Both the position numbers and the translations under genes were made by a program. DNA of 64,000 nucleotides from an uncultured bacterium. GTDB taxonomy: Bacteria > Krumholzibacteriota > Krumholzibacteriia > Krumholzibacteriales > Krumholzibacteriaceae. Below are positions 51,054 through 61,409 of this stretch, one piece after another. The stretch covers positions 1 through 64,000 of the forward strand of contig CAWBAN010000003.1 of the NCBI GenBank assembly GCA_963786935.1, read 5' to 3'. The notes under the pieces were generated by a model. It ran no database searches and was not told where the DNA came from. It saw only the letters and a list, made by a program, of their open reading frames with translations. The first letter of the stretch is position 1; each line of letters begins with the position of its first letter.

Positions 51054-51749
51054 ATGGCCGCGTTCATCGCTTCGTTTCTGTTCGTCGTCCTCGCGGAGAT
51101 GGGGGACAAGACCCAGCTCCTCGCGATGGCCTTCGCCGCGCGCTACCGTCCCCACAAGGTCCTGATAGCGGTCTTCCTCGCCACGCTCGCGAATCACTCC
51201 CTCGCGGTCATCGTGGGTCACTTCCTCACCGTCGTCGTTCCGATGGATATCATATCCTTCGTCGCGGCGGTGTCGTTCATCGTATTCGGGCTCTGGACCA
51301 TCCGCGGGGACGCGCTGCACGGGGAAGAAAAGCGGGAGAGCCGGTTCGGCCCGATCGCGACGGTCGCGGTCGCGTTCTTCCTCGCCGAGATGGGGGACAA
51401 GACCCAGCTCGCCACGATAAGCCTCGCGGTGGAATACCGGAATATGTTCAACGTGCTGATGGGCACGACGCTCGGCATGGTGGTGGCCGACTCGGTCGGG
51501 ATCGTCGTCGGCATCGTGCTGTGCAGGCGCATTCCGGAGCGGATCATCAAGTGGATCTCGGCGGGCGTGTTCGCCCTTTTCGGTTTTCTCGGGGTGCACG
51601 GAATTCTCTCGCCGCGTATCGGCGCGCTGCGCACCGCTCTCGTGCTGTGCGCGATGGGGCTCTGCACGGCGGTCGCGGCGTTTCTCGTCTCGCGAAGGGC
51701 GCGGAAGCCGGCCGAGCGGCCGGAATGCCCGCGGCAATCGCCCCGATAA
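51054..51749 (+). CDS. TMEM165/GDT1 (UPF0016) Mn2+/Ca2+ transporter
   Basis: Two copies of LAEMGDKTQL; RBS gaggag. Confidence 0.95.
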   Translation: MAAFIASFLFVVLAEMGDKTQLLAMAFAARYRPHKVLIAVFLATLANHSLAVIVGHFLTVVVPMDIISFVAAVSFIVFGLWTIRGDALHGEEKRESRFGPIATVAVAFFLAEMGDKTQLATISLAVEYRNMFNVLMGTTLGMVVADSVGIVVGIVLCRRIPERIIKWISAGVFALFGFLGVHGILSPRIGALRTALVLCAMGLCTAVAAFLVSRRARKPAERPECPRQSPR

Positions 51750-51751
51750 TC

Positions 51752-51809
51752 AAATAGCCGACCTCGACTCCAGCGATCGCACGTGCCGGAGGGGCGTCGG
51801 CTATTTTTT
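51752..51809 (+). terminator. Long hairpin with U-tract
   Basis: aaatagccgac...gtcggctattttt directly after the GDT1 stop. Confidence 0.65.
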
Positions 51810-52014
51810 GCCCCCATCCAGTGGGCATTGCTACAAGCACCATTATTATAATCAAAATTAATTATAATTCAATAGTAATTATGAAGAAATGAAGTTAATT
51901 CATATCTCAATAATTAAGCTATGTTTTGTTGTCGGTCTGTTGGCAGGCTTTCGATGCGCCCGGAAAGATCGCCAGGCCGCGCGATCCTCCCGAGCGCATA
52001 ACTTCAAGTTGGGC

Positions 52015-55000
52015 TTACTTATCCACAGGAAACGCCTCGTGCTTCGGCCACGGCCGCGGCTCCTTGGCGATGGCGCCCTTGAGCACCTCGAGCGCCTTCA
52101 TGAGCTGCGCGTCGCGTCCCGTTCCGAAGTCGGCGGGATCGAGGTCGATAGAGATGTCGGGTGCGACGCCCTCGTTCTCGACGACCCATTTCCCCTGCGG
52201 GTTGTAGACCCGGTAATCCGGCGCGGACAATCCGCCGCCGTCGATCATCCCGATCCACATCGAGACGCCGACGAGCCCGCCCCAGCTGCGCGTGCCGATG
52301 ACCGGCCCCATTCCCTTCGCGCGGAAGAGATACGGCAGCATATCGCCGCCGGAGCCCGCCTGGCGGTTCGTGAGGCACACGAGGTGCGCGCTCGTGCCGA
52401 ACCACGGCGAGATGTAGTCGTGCGAGTTGCGCCGCGTCCAGTAGAGGAGCGGCTTCTTGGCGAGCCGCTGGAGGAAGATGTCGGGATCGAGCCCGCCCCC
52501 GTTGAAGCGCCCGTCGACGATGATCCCCTGCTTCGTCGTCTGCGAGTAGAAGTAGCGGGGGAATACGGCCGTCGAGCCGGTGTAGGTGTCGGGGAGGTGG
52601 ATGTAGCCGATCGTGCCCCCCGATTCCTTGTCGACGAGGCGCCTGTTGCCCTCCACCCAGTCAGTGTAGCGAAGGATGTATTCGCTTCCGACCGGTTTCA
52701 CCGTGACGGTGCGCTCGCCCTGTGCCGTCGGCTTGTCGTTGACCGTGAGCTCCACGGCCTTGTCCGCGAGATCGACGAAGTACGAATAGACGCTGCGGTC
52801 GGCGGTGACGTCGCGGCCGTTCACCTTCAGGAGATAATCCCCCGCTTTGACGTCGATGCCGGCGCCGGCGAGCGGCGGGCGCTCATCGTCGTTCCAGTCG
52901 ACGTCGCCGTAGATCTTCTTGATCCGGTAGCGATTGCTTGCGCGGTCGATCTCGTAATCGGCCCCGAGGAGCCCGACGCCGACGTGCTCGGCCGTGCGCC
53001 GGATGTCGCCGCCGAAGACGTACGTGTGCGAGGTGTTGAGCTCGCCGATCAGCTCGCCGATGACGTACTGCACGTCCTGCCGGCACGTGGCGCGCTCGAG
53101 CATCTTTCCGTATTTCGCCTTCATCGCGTCCCAGTCGAGCCCGTGCATCGCGGGCTCGTAGTACCAGTCGCGCTCCATGCGCCACGATTCGTTGAAGATC
53201 TGCCGCCACTCGTCGAGGGGGACGAGGTTCATCTTCACGTCGCCGAGGTCGATCGCCTCGCCGCTCGAATCCTTGGCCGTGGCGTCGATCATACCCGTCT
53301 CGGCGAAGCCGCGGTAGACGATCGTCGAGCCGTCAGCGGAGAGCTCGTACGCGTTGATCGCCGGGATGACCGTGCTCTCCTTCTTGTCGGCGAAGGAGAA
53401 CGCATGCAGGTCGAAGGGGCGCGGGTCGCGGAACTCGAAGCGGTTGAAGTCCCCCTCGTCCTTGTTGAGGTAGTAGAGGTTCTGGTCGTTCGCGGCGAGG
53501 AACCGGTAGTTGCCGCGGGGGACCGGGAACGTCTCGACGCGGCCCTCGATGCCCTCGAAGTCGATCGCGACGAGCTTCTCCTTCGGCTTATCCTTGTCCG
53601 TGCCCTTGTCGCTTTTGGCCGCCGCGGCGTCTTCCTTCGCCGCGTCCGCGGCCTTCTCCTCCGTCGGGAGGACCGGGAAGAGGGGCGTGCCGTCCTTGCG
53701 CAGGAGGACGCTGTAGATCCCGGCCATATTCTTGTAGACCATTTCCCACTCGAAGTCGCAGAACGTCGGGTCGAAGCGCCTGTTGGAGACGAAGAACAGG
53801 CGTTCGCCGTCCTTCGAGAACACCGGATGGAAATCGTTGAAGGCGCCGTCGCTGATGCAGCGCGTCTTGTTCGCTTCGAGCGAGTAGATGTAGATCTTGT
53901 GGACGAGCGATTCGTCCATCTTCGAGTATGCGATCCAGCGGCTGTCGGGGGACCAGCAGTAGTCGTAGATATCCTTGACGTCGAGCGAGATGTCGACGTT
54001 CTGGTAGTCGGCCTTGTCGACCTTCACGATCTTTTTCGCGGCGACGTCGACGAAGTACAGGGTCAGCGTCTGGTCGGTGAACCCGATCTTCTTTCCGTCG
54101 GGGGACCAGCGGAGCGCGTGCCGGTAGCCGTCCTTGAATTCGGTCAGCTTCTTCGGCGGCGCGGCGCCGCCCACGTCGACCGTGTAGAGGTTGTACTCGC
54201 CGTCGGCGTCGGAGAAGTAAGCGATCGCGGTCCCGTCGGGAGAATACGAGGCGTCCTTCTCGCGCGCCCCGGGCGTCCCCGTCAGGTTGCGCGTGATGCC
54301 TTCCTTGCGCGGCACCGTGAAAAGCTCTCCCCGCGCGACGAGGAGGGCGGTCTTGCCGTCGGGCGCGGAATGCGCCTCGGTGACGAATCCGTCCACGCTC
54401 TTGAGGTAGGGCCTCAGCTCCGGCGTATCGGCGCGAACCTCGACCGGGATGCGCGCGGTCTTTCCCGAGGCCGTGTCGAGCAGATAGAGATCGCCGCCGA
54501 GCTCGTAGACGATGCCGGTCCCGCCCATGCTCGGGCGCCGCACGTCATATTCGTTCATCGTGTGCTTCGTGGCCTGCGCGAGCGTTCCGGTCTTCGTGTC
54601 GTACGCCCAAATATTGAGCACGCGGTCGCGATCGGAGACGAAGTAGACCGTGTCGCCGATCCACATCGGATTCGAGTCGATCGCGTCCGAGTTGGAGATG
54701 TTGATCTCCTTCTTCGTCGCGAAGTCGTAGATGTAGATGTCGGGCGCGAGCCCGCCGCGGTAGCGTTTCCACGTGCGGCCGTCGACCGAGATCTTGGCGA
54801 AGGCGATCCGCTTGCCGTCGGCCGAGTAGCTCGCCTGCGCCACCTCGGGGAGGGGAACCTCCTCGAGATCCGTGCCGTCCGGATCGATGAGGAACAGGCG
54901 CGTGAATCCTCCGAAGCTGTTCCGGCCCGAGGTGAACATGATCTTGTTCTTGACCGGATCCCAGCCGACCACTCCGTCGAATCCCGGGTGATACGTCACG

Positions 55001-55353
55001 CGGCGGATGTTCCCGCCGTACGTGTCCATGATGTACACGTCGGCGTTCCCGTCGTACTCCGCCGTGAAGGCGATGAGAGAGCCGTCGTTCGAGAACTTGG
55101 GGACGGTCTCGTCGCCGTCGTGCATCGTCAGGCGCGTCGCCACGCCTCCCTGAACCGGAGCCAGCCAGATGTCCCCCCCGGCGACGAAGACCACGTTCGA
55201 GCCGTAGACGTCGGGAAAGCGCAGGAGGAAGTCGTGTGTGGCGCTCTGCCCGAGGCCCGCGGCCGCGCCCGCGAGCAGGACGAGGCATGCGACGGCGGCG
55301 GCGCTGAGCGCGCCGCGGAGACGATAGATACCGGGGGCGGAAAAGGACGGCAT
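52015..55353 (-). CDS. Tricorn protease homolog (S41), second paralog, with signal peptide
   Basis: LRFPDV, WKRYRGG, GELNTSH, PDZ, GYIHLPD, DGRFNGGG, AGSGGD, GTRSWGG. Confidence 0.95.
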   Translation of the reverse strand: MPSFSAPGIYRLRGALSAAAVACLVLLAGAAAGLGQSATHDFLLRFPDVYGSNVVFVAGGDIWLAPVQGGVATRLTMHDGDETVPKFSNDGSLIAFTAEYDGNADVYIMDTYGGNIRRVTYHPGFDGVVGWDPVKNKIMFTSGRNSFGGFTRLFLIDPDGTDLEEVPLPEVAQASYSADGKRIAFAKISVDGRTWKRYRGGLAPDIYIYDFATKKEINISNSDAIDSNPMWIGDTVYFVSDRDRVLNIWAYDTKTGTLAQATKHTMNEYDVRRPSMGGTGIVYELGGDLYLLDTASGKTARIPVEVRADTPELRPYLKSVDGFVTEAHSAPDGKTALLVARGELFTVPRKEGITRNLTGTPGAREKDASYSPDGTAIAYFSDADGEYNLYTVDVGGAAPPKKLTEFKDGYRHALRWSPDGKKIGFTDQTLTLYFVDVAAKKIVKVDKADYQNVDISLDVKDIYDYCWSPDSRWIAYSKMDESLVHKIYIYSLEANKTRCISDGAFNDFHPVFSKDGERLFFVSNRRFDPTFCDFEWEMVYKNMAGIYSVLLRKDGTPLFPVLPTEEKAADAAKEDAAAAKSDKGTDKDKPKEKLVAIDFEGIEGRVETFPVPRGNYRFLAANDQNLYYLNKDEGDFNRFEFRDPRPFDLHAFSFADKKESTVIPAINAYELSADGSTIVYRGFAETGMIDATAKDSSGEAIDLGDVKMNLVPLDEWRQIFNESWRMERDWYYEPAMHGLDWDAMKAKYGKMLERATCRQDVQYVIGELIGELNTSHTYVFGGDIRRTAEHVGVGLLGADYEIDRASNRYRIKKIYGDVDWNDDERPPLAGAGIDVKAGDYLLKVNGRDVTADRSVYSYFVDLADKAVELTVNDKPTAQGERTVTVKPVGSEYILRYTDWVEGNRRLVDKESGGTIGYIHLPDTYTGSTAVFPRYFYSQTTKQGIIVDGRFNGGGLDPDIFLQRLAKKPLLYWTRRNSHDYISPWFGTSAHLVCLTNRQAGSGGDMLPYLFRAKGMGPVIGTRSWGGLVGVSMWIGMIDGGGLSAPDYRVYNPQGKWVVENEGVAPDISIDLDPADFGTGRDAQLMKALEVLKGAIAKEPRPWPKHEAFPVDK

Positions 55354-55463
55354 ACGATCTCCTTTCGAATGTTCGAGAAGCGATGGAGTGGGCGAATCGG
55401 AATCGACGCGCGGAGCCTATACGAAATCGACGCGCGTGTCAAGGTCGAGCGGCACGGGTCCGC

Positions 55464-56811
55464 CTAGCCCACGAAGACGTGCTCCGTGGGATACCGGTAC
55501 AGAACCTTCCGTGGCTTGGTCAGGAACGCGAAAGCGATGCTGAGGACGCCGACCCTGCCGATGAACATCGTGACGATCAGCGCGGCTTTTCCGATGGGGC
55601 TCAAGCCGGCGGTGATGCCCATGGAGAGGCCGGTGTTTCCGAGGGCCGAGACTATCTCGAAGAGATTCTGGAAGGGCGACGAATGCTCCGTGACGGACAG
55701 GATTACCGAGTCAGCGAACGCGACGAGCAGGAAGCAGAAGGCCACGACGACCGCATCGTATATGCACTGCTCGGACATTTCGGCGCCCAGCGCGTTGTTT
55801 TGTTTCTTGCGCAGCCGCGCCCAGAGCAGCACGAAGAGGAGTCCGAACGTCGTCGTCTTGATACCCCCGCCGGTGCCGCCGGGAGAAGCCCCGACGAACA
55901 TCAGGAGCATGATGAATCGTCAGGCTCGCTGCGCTCATCGCGCCGATGTCGATCGAGTTGAATCCGTCCGTCGTCGAGGCCGAGACCGCCTGAAAGAGGG
56001 AAGTCATCGTCCGGTCGTAGGCGCTCATCGTCGAAGGCCAACGCTCGGAGGCGAGAATGACGGCGGTCCCGACCGATATCACGATCGCAGTAACGATGAG
56101 AACGAGCCGCGTATGCACGGTCAATTTGAACCTGCGCCGGCCGGCAAGCCTGCTTGTGGCGAGCATGGTGAGATCCCGCAGGACAAAGAAGCCGATGCCG
56201 CCGGCCAGGGAAAGGAGGATGATGGTGGCGTTCAGGAGCGTGCTCTGGCGGTATCGCATGAGGCTGTCGGGGAAAAGCCCGAAGCCGGCGGTGCAGAACG
56301 TGGACACCGAGTGGAACGCCCCGAGGTATATCGAGCGCGCCGCCGGATATTCCCGCATCCAGAAGCCCGCGAGGATAGCGGTCCCGGCGAGCTCGAAGGC
56401 AAATGAATAGACGAGCACGGAGAGGAAGAAACTCCTCAACGCGTGGAGATCCGGGCCGGCGAGGGATTCCTTCGCGACGAGGCTCGTCCTGAGGGATCCC
56501 CTGATTCCGAGGGCGTACATCGTGAGGATGACGAAACTCATGTAGCCGATACCGCCGATTTGAAATATCGCGAGGAGAACGATCTGGCCGAAGAGGGAGT
56601 AGTAGCTGCCGATGTCGACGACGGACAATCCCGACGTGCTGATCCCGGAGGTCGCCACGAAGAGGGCGTCGAGGAACGATTGGGCCTCGCCCCGCGCCGA
56701 GGAGACCGGCAGCGACAGGAGAATGGCCCCTACGAGCGTGATCGATGCGTAGCCGAGGATCAGCAGCTGGTACGGAGTGAGCGTGTTCCATATGCGGTTT
56801 CGTCTTCTCAT
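55464..56811 (-). CDS. trkH: TrkH/KtrB family K+ transporter; one frameshift near 55915
   Basis: DALFVATS..STSGLS, QIGGIG, FHSVSTFCTAGF, FQAVSA.TTDGF, then MFVGASPGGTGGGIKTTT, FEIVSALGNTGLS, MFIGRVG. Confidence 0.88.
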
Positions 56812-56861
56812 ATCTTCATAATCTTCGCTCCCCGGCGGCGCCGTGGCAAATCAAGAAAAGG

Positions 56862-57623
56862 TCAAAAAAGCGGAGGTCGGAAGGATCTCGCGGATGGCCT
56901 GAAACCGCGGCGGTAGGGGGGTAGCCGCGGGGGCGGGAGCCGGTATCCGATGCCGGGCTCGGTTCGGAGGTAGGTCGGGCGGTCGGGATCGGGCTCGATC
57001 TTCGCGCGCAGGTTGCTGATCGTCACCCGCAGAAGATGGAGCACGCCTTCCATGTCGTCGGGCTTGTTCCAGATCTCCTCGAGGATCTGCCGGTGCGTGA
57101 CGACCCTGTCCGCGTTGAGAACGAGGAGCTTGAGCACGTCGAATTCCGTCGGGGTGAGGTTGATCCGATTCCCCTTGATCGCGACCTCGTGTCGAGCGAC
57201 GTCGATCGAAAGCGCCCCCGCGCGGAAGACATCTTCCTGATCGACGGGGAGAAGGCGGCGCATCACCGCTTTGAGCCTCGCGAGGAGCTCGGTGATGCTG
57301 AAAGGCTTCGTCAGATAATCGTCGGCGCCGGCGTCGAGGGCTTCGACCTTGTCCGCGATGTCGTCCCGCACGGAGAGAATGACGATCGGCGTCTTCGCCC
57401 GCTTGCGGATCTCCCTGATCACCTCGACCCCGTCGATGTCGGGAAGACCGAGGTCGAGGACGATCACGTCGGGGTGCGACGATACGGATTTCTCGAGCGC
57501 TTCGGCTCCGGTCCCCGCTTCGAATATGGCGTAGCCGCGGGAAGCGAGCGCGGCTCGAAGGGTCTTTCGAATCGCCCTTTCGTCGTCGACGACGAGGATG
57601 CGCACGCCTTGATCGACCGTCAT
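56862..57623 (-). CDS. kdpE: KdpE-like OmpR-family response regulator
   Basis: ILVVDDE, LDLGLPDIDG, KVEALDAGADDYLTKPF, LTPTEF, VTHRQIL, KIEPDP.RP.YL.TEPGIGYR. Confidence 0.9.
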   Translation of the reverse strand: MTVDQGVRILVVDDERAIRKTLRAALASRGYAIFEAGTGAEALEKSVSSHPDVIVLDLGLPDIDGVEVIREIRKRAKTPIVILSVRDDIADKVEALDAGADDYLTKPFSITELLARLKAVMRRLLPVDQEDVFRAGALSIDVARHEVAIKGNRINLTPTEFDVLKLLVLNADRVVTHRQILEEIWNKPDDMEGVLHLLRVTISNLRAKIEPDPDRPTYLRTEPGIGYRLPPPRLPPYRRGFRPSARSFRPPLF

Positions 57624-59131
57624 GACGAATTCCGACTTTCCTCCAGCGGAAGGCTCACGATGAATGTCGCTCCGGCGTCGGCGTTGTTCCGCGCGACGAT
57701 TCTCCCCCCGTGCGCTTCGATGATTCCCTTGGAGATGGACAGGCCGAGCCCGGTCCCCGCGACGCCCTGCGCCCGTTCGCTCCGGTAGAACCTCTCGAAG
57801 ATGCGCGCGAGATCCTTCTCCGGTATGCCGGCTCCCCGGTCCCTGATCTCGATCTCCGCCGCGTTCCCGTGCGCGCGCGCGCCGATGTCAATCGACGCGT
57901 CCGGCGGCGAATATTTCACGGCGTTGTCGATCAGGTTGTAGAACGCCTTCATCATGAAGGAGAAGTCCATGGGAACCTCGGGGAAATCCCTCGGGATCGT
58001 CATCCTGACGGTCCTGTTTCCGATCGTTTCGCTCAGCTGCTCGAGGGACGCGCCGAGAACGTCGCGCAGATCGCACGGCCGCTTCGAAATCCGCAGCGTT
58101 CCCGCCTCCACTCTGGTCAGGTCGAGGAGATTTCCGACGATCCGGTTGAGACGGTCCGCCTCTTCCGAAGCGTTCTCGAGAAGCTCTTTCCGGGTGGCTT
58201 CGTCGAGCCCCGGATCATTTTCCTGAAGGGCGGTCAGGGCGCCGGTGATCGATACGAGGGGAGTCCTCAGATCGTGAGAGATCGAGCTCAGGAGCGCCGA
58301 TTGGAGCTTCTCGGTCTGCCGCATGAGCTCCATATGGCGGGACTGCTCGGCGAGGCTCGCGCGCTGGATCGCGATGGCCGCCTGGCTGACCATTGCGGTC
58401 AGCAGCTCTTCCTCGTCCGGGGCGAGGCTCTCCGCGCCCTTACGGAGGCAGATGCCGAGGACGCCGATCACGCCCTGGGGTGTCTTGAACGGGAGATAGC
58501 GGGTCCTTTTGCCCGTCGCTTCGTCCGGGCCTCCGCCCGCCATCGAGCCGTTCTCGTACGACCAGCGCGCGATTTCCTGCTCTCCCGCGCCCGCGGGGAA
58601 TCCGGCGTCGTGGCTCGCGAGCTTCAGCGCGCCTCCGGCAGGCAGATAAATCGCCACGCCGCAATTGACGATCTGCTTGACGTTTTTCCGTATCGCCTGC
58701 AATACCGCGTCGAAATCGGCCGAATCGGCGAGATCGGCCGCGAGGCGGTACAGCGCGGCTGTCTGGGCCTCGTGTTTGCGGGCCCGGATCGCCTGCTCTC
58801 GCATCCTCGATGCGAGCGTGCCGACGACGAGCCCGACGGCGAGGAGCCCGATGAACGTGAAGACGTACTGAACGTCGGCAACCGTCAAGGTGAGGTAGGG
58901 GGGTACGAGAAAGAAATCGAACGCCAGGACCCCGAGAATCGCGGTCGCGACGGCGGGCCCCTTTCCCCACCGGACGGCGGCGATTACGACGGTGAGAAGA
59001 TACAGCATGGCCAGGTTCGTCGGTTCGAGGCGCCCCTTCACCGCCTCGCCGACGAGCGTCGCGATAAGAACGAGGATAACGCTCGCCGCATACGGAAGAG
59101 CTTTCGTTCCGCCGATTCCTCTTATCCGCAT
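57620..59131 (-). CDS. kdpD: KdpD-like sensor kinase (DUF4118 TM - GAF - HisKA - HATPase) lacking the N-terminal KdpD/Usp domains
   Basis: NLAMLYLL.V, FDFFLVPP, LLSSISHDLRTPL, NLIDNAVKYS, GTGLGLSI. Confidence 0.85.
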   Translation of the reverse strand: MRIRGIGGTKALPYAASVILVLIATLVGEAVKGRLEPTNLAMLYLLTVVIAAVRWGKGPAVATAILGVLAFDFFLVPPYLTLTVADVQYVFTFIGLLAVGLVVGTLASRMREQAIRARKHEAQTAALYRLAADLADSADFDAVLQAIRKNVKQIVNCGVAIYLPAGGALKLASHDAGFPAGAGEQEIARWSYENGSMAGGGPDEATGKRTRYLPFKTPQGVIGVLGICLRKGAESLAPDEEELLTAMVSQAAIAIQRASLAEQSRHMELMRQTEKLQSALLSSISHDLRTPLVSITGALTALQENDPGLDEATRKELLENASEEADRLNRIVGNLLDLTRVEAGTLRISKRPCDLRDVLGASLEQLSETIGNRTVRMTIPRDFPEVPMDFSFMMKAFYNLIDNAVKYSPPDASIDIGARAHGNAAEIEIRDRGAGIPEKDLARIFERFYRSERAQGVAGTGLGLSISKGIIEAHGGRIVARNNADAGATFIVSLPLEESRNSS

Positions 59132-59157
59132 TTCACGCCGCCGATTCTCGAGCGCGG

Positions 59158-59910
59158 TCAGTCCTTCTTGCGCGTTTGCATGAAGTACTGCAGAAAATCG
59201 ACCGGCACCGGGAAGAGAATCGTCGAGTTCTTCTCGGCGGCGATCTCCGTGAGCGTCTGGAGATACCTGAGCTGCACCGAAACCGGTTCGGGCGCCATGA
59301 CGGCGGCGGCGTCCCGGAGCTTCGTGGAGGCCTGGAACTCGCCGTCGGCGTGAATGACCTTCGCCCGGCGCTCGCGCTCGGCTTCGGCCTGCTTGGCGAG
59401 CGCGCGCCTCATGCCCTCGGGAAGATCGACGTCCTTCACTTCTACGGCGGCGACCTTGACCCCCCACGGATCGGTGCGTTCGTCGATGACCTGCTGCAGC
59501 TTCTGATTGATCTTTTCCCTGTTCGAGAGGAGATCGTCGAGCTCGTGCTCGCCGAGGATGGAGCGCAGGGTGGTTTGACCCATCTGCGACGTCGCATAGA
59601 GATAATTCTCGACCGCGATGATGCACTTGGCCGGATCGAACACCTGGAAGTACATCACGGCGTTGACCTTGACCGAGACGTTATCCTTCGTGACGACTTC
59701 CTGCGGCGGAACGTCGAGCGCGACGGTCCGAAGCGTGACCTTGACCATCTTCTCGAACATCGGAATGAGCAGAATGAGCCCGGGGCCCCTGACGCCGACG
59801 AACCGGCCGAGCCTGAACACGACTCCGCGCTCGTACTCCCTGAGCACCCGCACGCTGTTGCCCAGGATGAAGAGAACGAGGAGTATGACTACCGACAATC
59901 CGATCTGCAT
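59158..59910 (-). CDS. SPFH/stomatin (slipin) family protein
   Basis: [55 protein letters not shown]. Confidence 0.95.
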   Translation of the reverse strand: MQIGLSVVILLVLFILGNSVRVLREYERGVVFRLGRFVGVRGPGLILLIPMFEKMVKVTLRTVALDVPPQEVVTKDNVSVKVNAVMYFQVFDPAKCIIAVENYLYATSQMGQTTLRSILGEHELDDLLSNREKINQKLQQVIDERTDPWGVKVAAVEVKDVDLPEGMRRALAKQAEAERERRAKVIHADGEFQASTKLRDAAAVMAPEPVSVQLRYLQTLTEIAAEKNSTILFPVPVDFLQYFMQTRKKD

Positions 59911-59964
59911 ACGCGCTCCTTTCGTGCCGCCGGTTCGCCGCGGATGCGGCGCGCGCGGCGACGC

Positions 59965-61251
59965 CTATTTCATTTCCTCCACCTTGAGAGACATTCCTTT
60001 GACTTCGATCACGCGGATCCGTTTGCCCTCGGCGATCGGCTCGCCGGAAAAGGCGCTCCAGTGCGCGCCGGCCACGAACACCTTGCCGCCCTTGTCGTCG
60101 ACCGGGGTCCGCGCGTCCCCTTCCTGGCCGACGAGGGCGGAGCCGCCGGTCGTCGGCCTGCGGCGCAGCGCCCGTATCGACAGGTAAATGCCGACGATGA
60201 AAAACGCCCCCGTGACGAGCACGACGGGAACGATGACCTGCAGCGAAGCGTGCAGGGCCGGGTCGGGGTCGTTGAAGAGCATGATCGAGCCGATGAACAT
60301 GGCTACCAGTCCTCCCGCGGTCAGAGCCCCGTGCGTCGCCGCCTTCACGTCGACGATGAAGAGCACGATGGCAAGTATGATCAGAAGCATTCCCGAATAG
60401 CTTACCGAGAGCACCTGGAAGGCGAAGAACGCGAGGATGAGACAGATCGCGCCGACCACGCCGGGAAGAATCGCCCCGGGGGTGGAAAGCTCGAAGTACA
60501 GGCCGAGCAGCCCGAGCATGAAGAGGATGTAGGCGACGTTCGGATTCGTGATGATCGCGAGCAGCCGGTCGCTCCAGCTCATTTCCATCTCGACGAGGGC
60601 GGCGTCTTTCGCGCGAACGACGAGCGTCGTGTCTCCCATCGCGACCGGCCGGCCGTCGAGCGAATCGAGGAGCGCTTCGAGCGAGGGGGCGACGAGATCG
60701 ACGACGCGCAGCTTCAGCGCCTCCGTCTCGGATATCGACACGCTTTCCCTGACGGCGGTCTCGGCCCAATCGGCGTTCCGGCCCCGCCGTCCGGCGATGG
60801 AGCGAATGTACGCGGCGGCGTCGTTCACCGTCTTGCCGGCCATGACGGAATCGACCTTCGCCCCGGGCCCGATCGAGACCGGGTGCGCCGCGCCGATGTT
60901 CGTGCCCGGCGCCATGGCCGCGACGTGAGCCGCCATCGTGATGAACACGCCCGCCGATGCCGCGCGCGATCCCGACGGCGCGACGTAAACGACGACCGGC
61001 ACGCGCGCGCCCAGGATCTTCTTCACGATGACGCGCATCGATTCGTCGAGGCCGCCGGGGGTGTCCATCTCGATGACGACGCACTCCGCCCGCCGTTCCT
61101 CGGCGCGCCCGATCGCCTCCACCATGAATCTCGCCGAGGAGGGGCCGATGATGCCGCTCATCCGCGCGACGACGACCTCCGCCGCGTCCGCGGGTGGCGC
61201 GAGCGCGGATAGAAGCACGACGAAGCATGTCACGATCGATTTTCTTATCAT
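59965..61251 (-). CDS. nfeD: NfeD long form (ClpP-like serine protease - TM - OB fold)
   Basis: DTPGGL, RAASAG, MAPGTNIGAAHP, KTVND, TM region, OB fold (G.V.VAGAHW.A). Confidence 0.92.
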   Translation of the reverse strand: MIRKSIVTCFVVLLSALAPPADAAEVVVARMSGIIGPSSARFMVEAIGRAEERRAECVVIEMDTPGGLDESMRVIVKKILGARVPVVVYVAPSGSRAASAGVFITMAAHVAAMAPGTNIGAAHPVSIGPGAKVDSVMAGKTVNDAAAYIRSIAGRRGRNADWAETAVRESVSISETEALKLRVVDLVAPSLEALLDSLDGRPVAMGDTTLVVRAKDAALVEMEMSWSDRLLAIITNPNVAYILFMLGLLGLYFELSTPGAILPGVVGAICLILAFFAFQVLSVSYSGMLLIILAIVLFIVDVKAATHGALTAGGLVAMFIGSIMLFNDPDPALHASLQVIVPVVLVTGAFFIVGIYLSIRALRRRPTTGGSALVGQEGDARTPVDDKGGKVFVAGAHWSAFSGEPIAEGKRIRVIEVKGMSLKVEEMK

Positions 61252-61409
61252 GGGTATCATCCTCGATGGAAGAAGGCGGTTCCCCATCCGCGGCGATTCT
61301 GTCCTAAAATCGTCCCCGCGTCAAGAGATATGGCCCGCGGCCGGCGCGGGCGGCTCTCCCGGAGATTGTGCTTGAAGCTCCCCCGCGCAGCGGGTAAGCT
61401 CCATCCGCT

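Noticed and set aside
51991..52018. dif-like site (GCGCATAA resembles the XerC arm)
   Set aside because: The XerD arm (TTATGTTAAAT) is not matched.
51889..55467. 1192-aa plus-strand ORF, and similar long ORFs at 48007-50847, 15513-18224, 40782-42860 and 59176-61212
   Set aside because: Antisense or alternate-frame shadows of well-supported genes; Arg/Gly/Ala-rich, motif-free, and expected in high-GC DNA.
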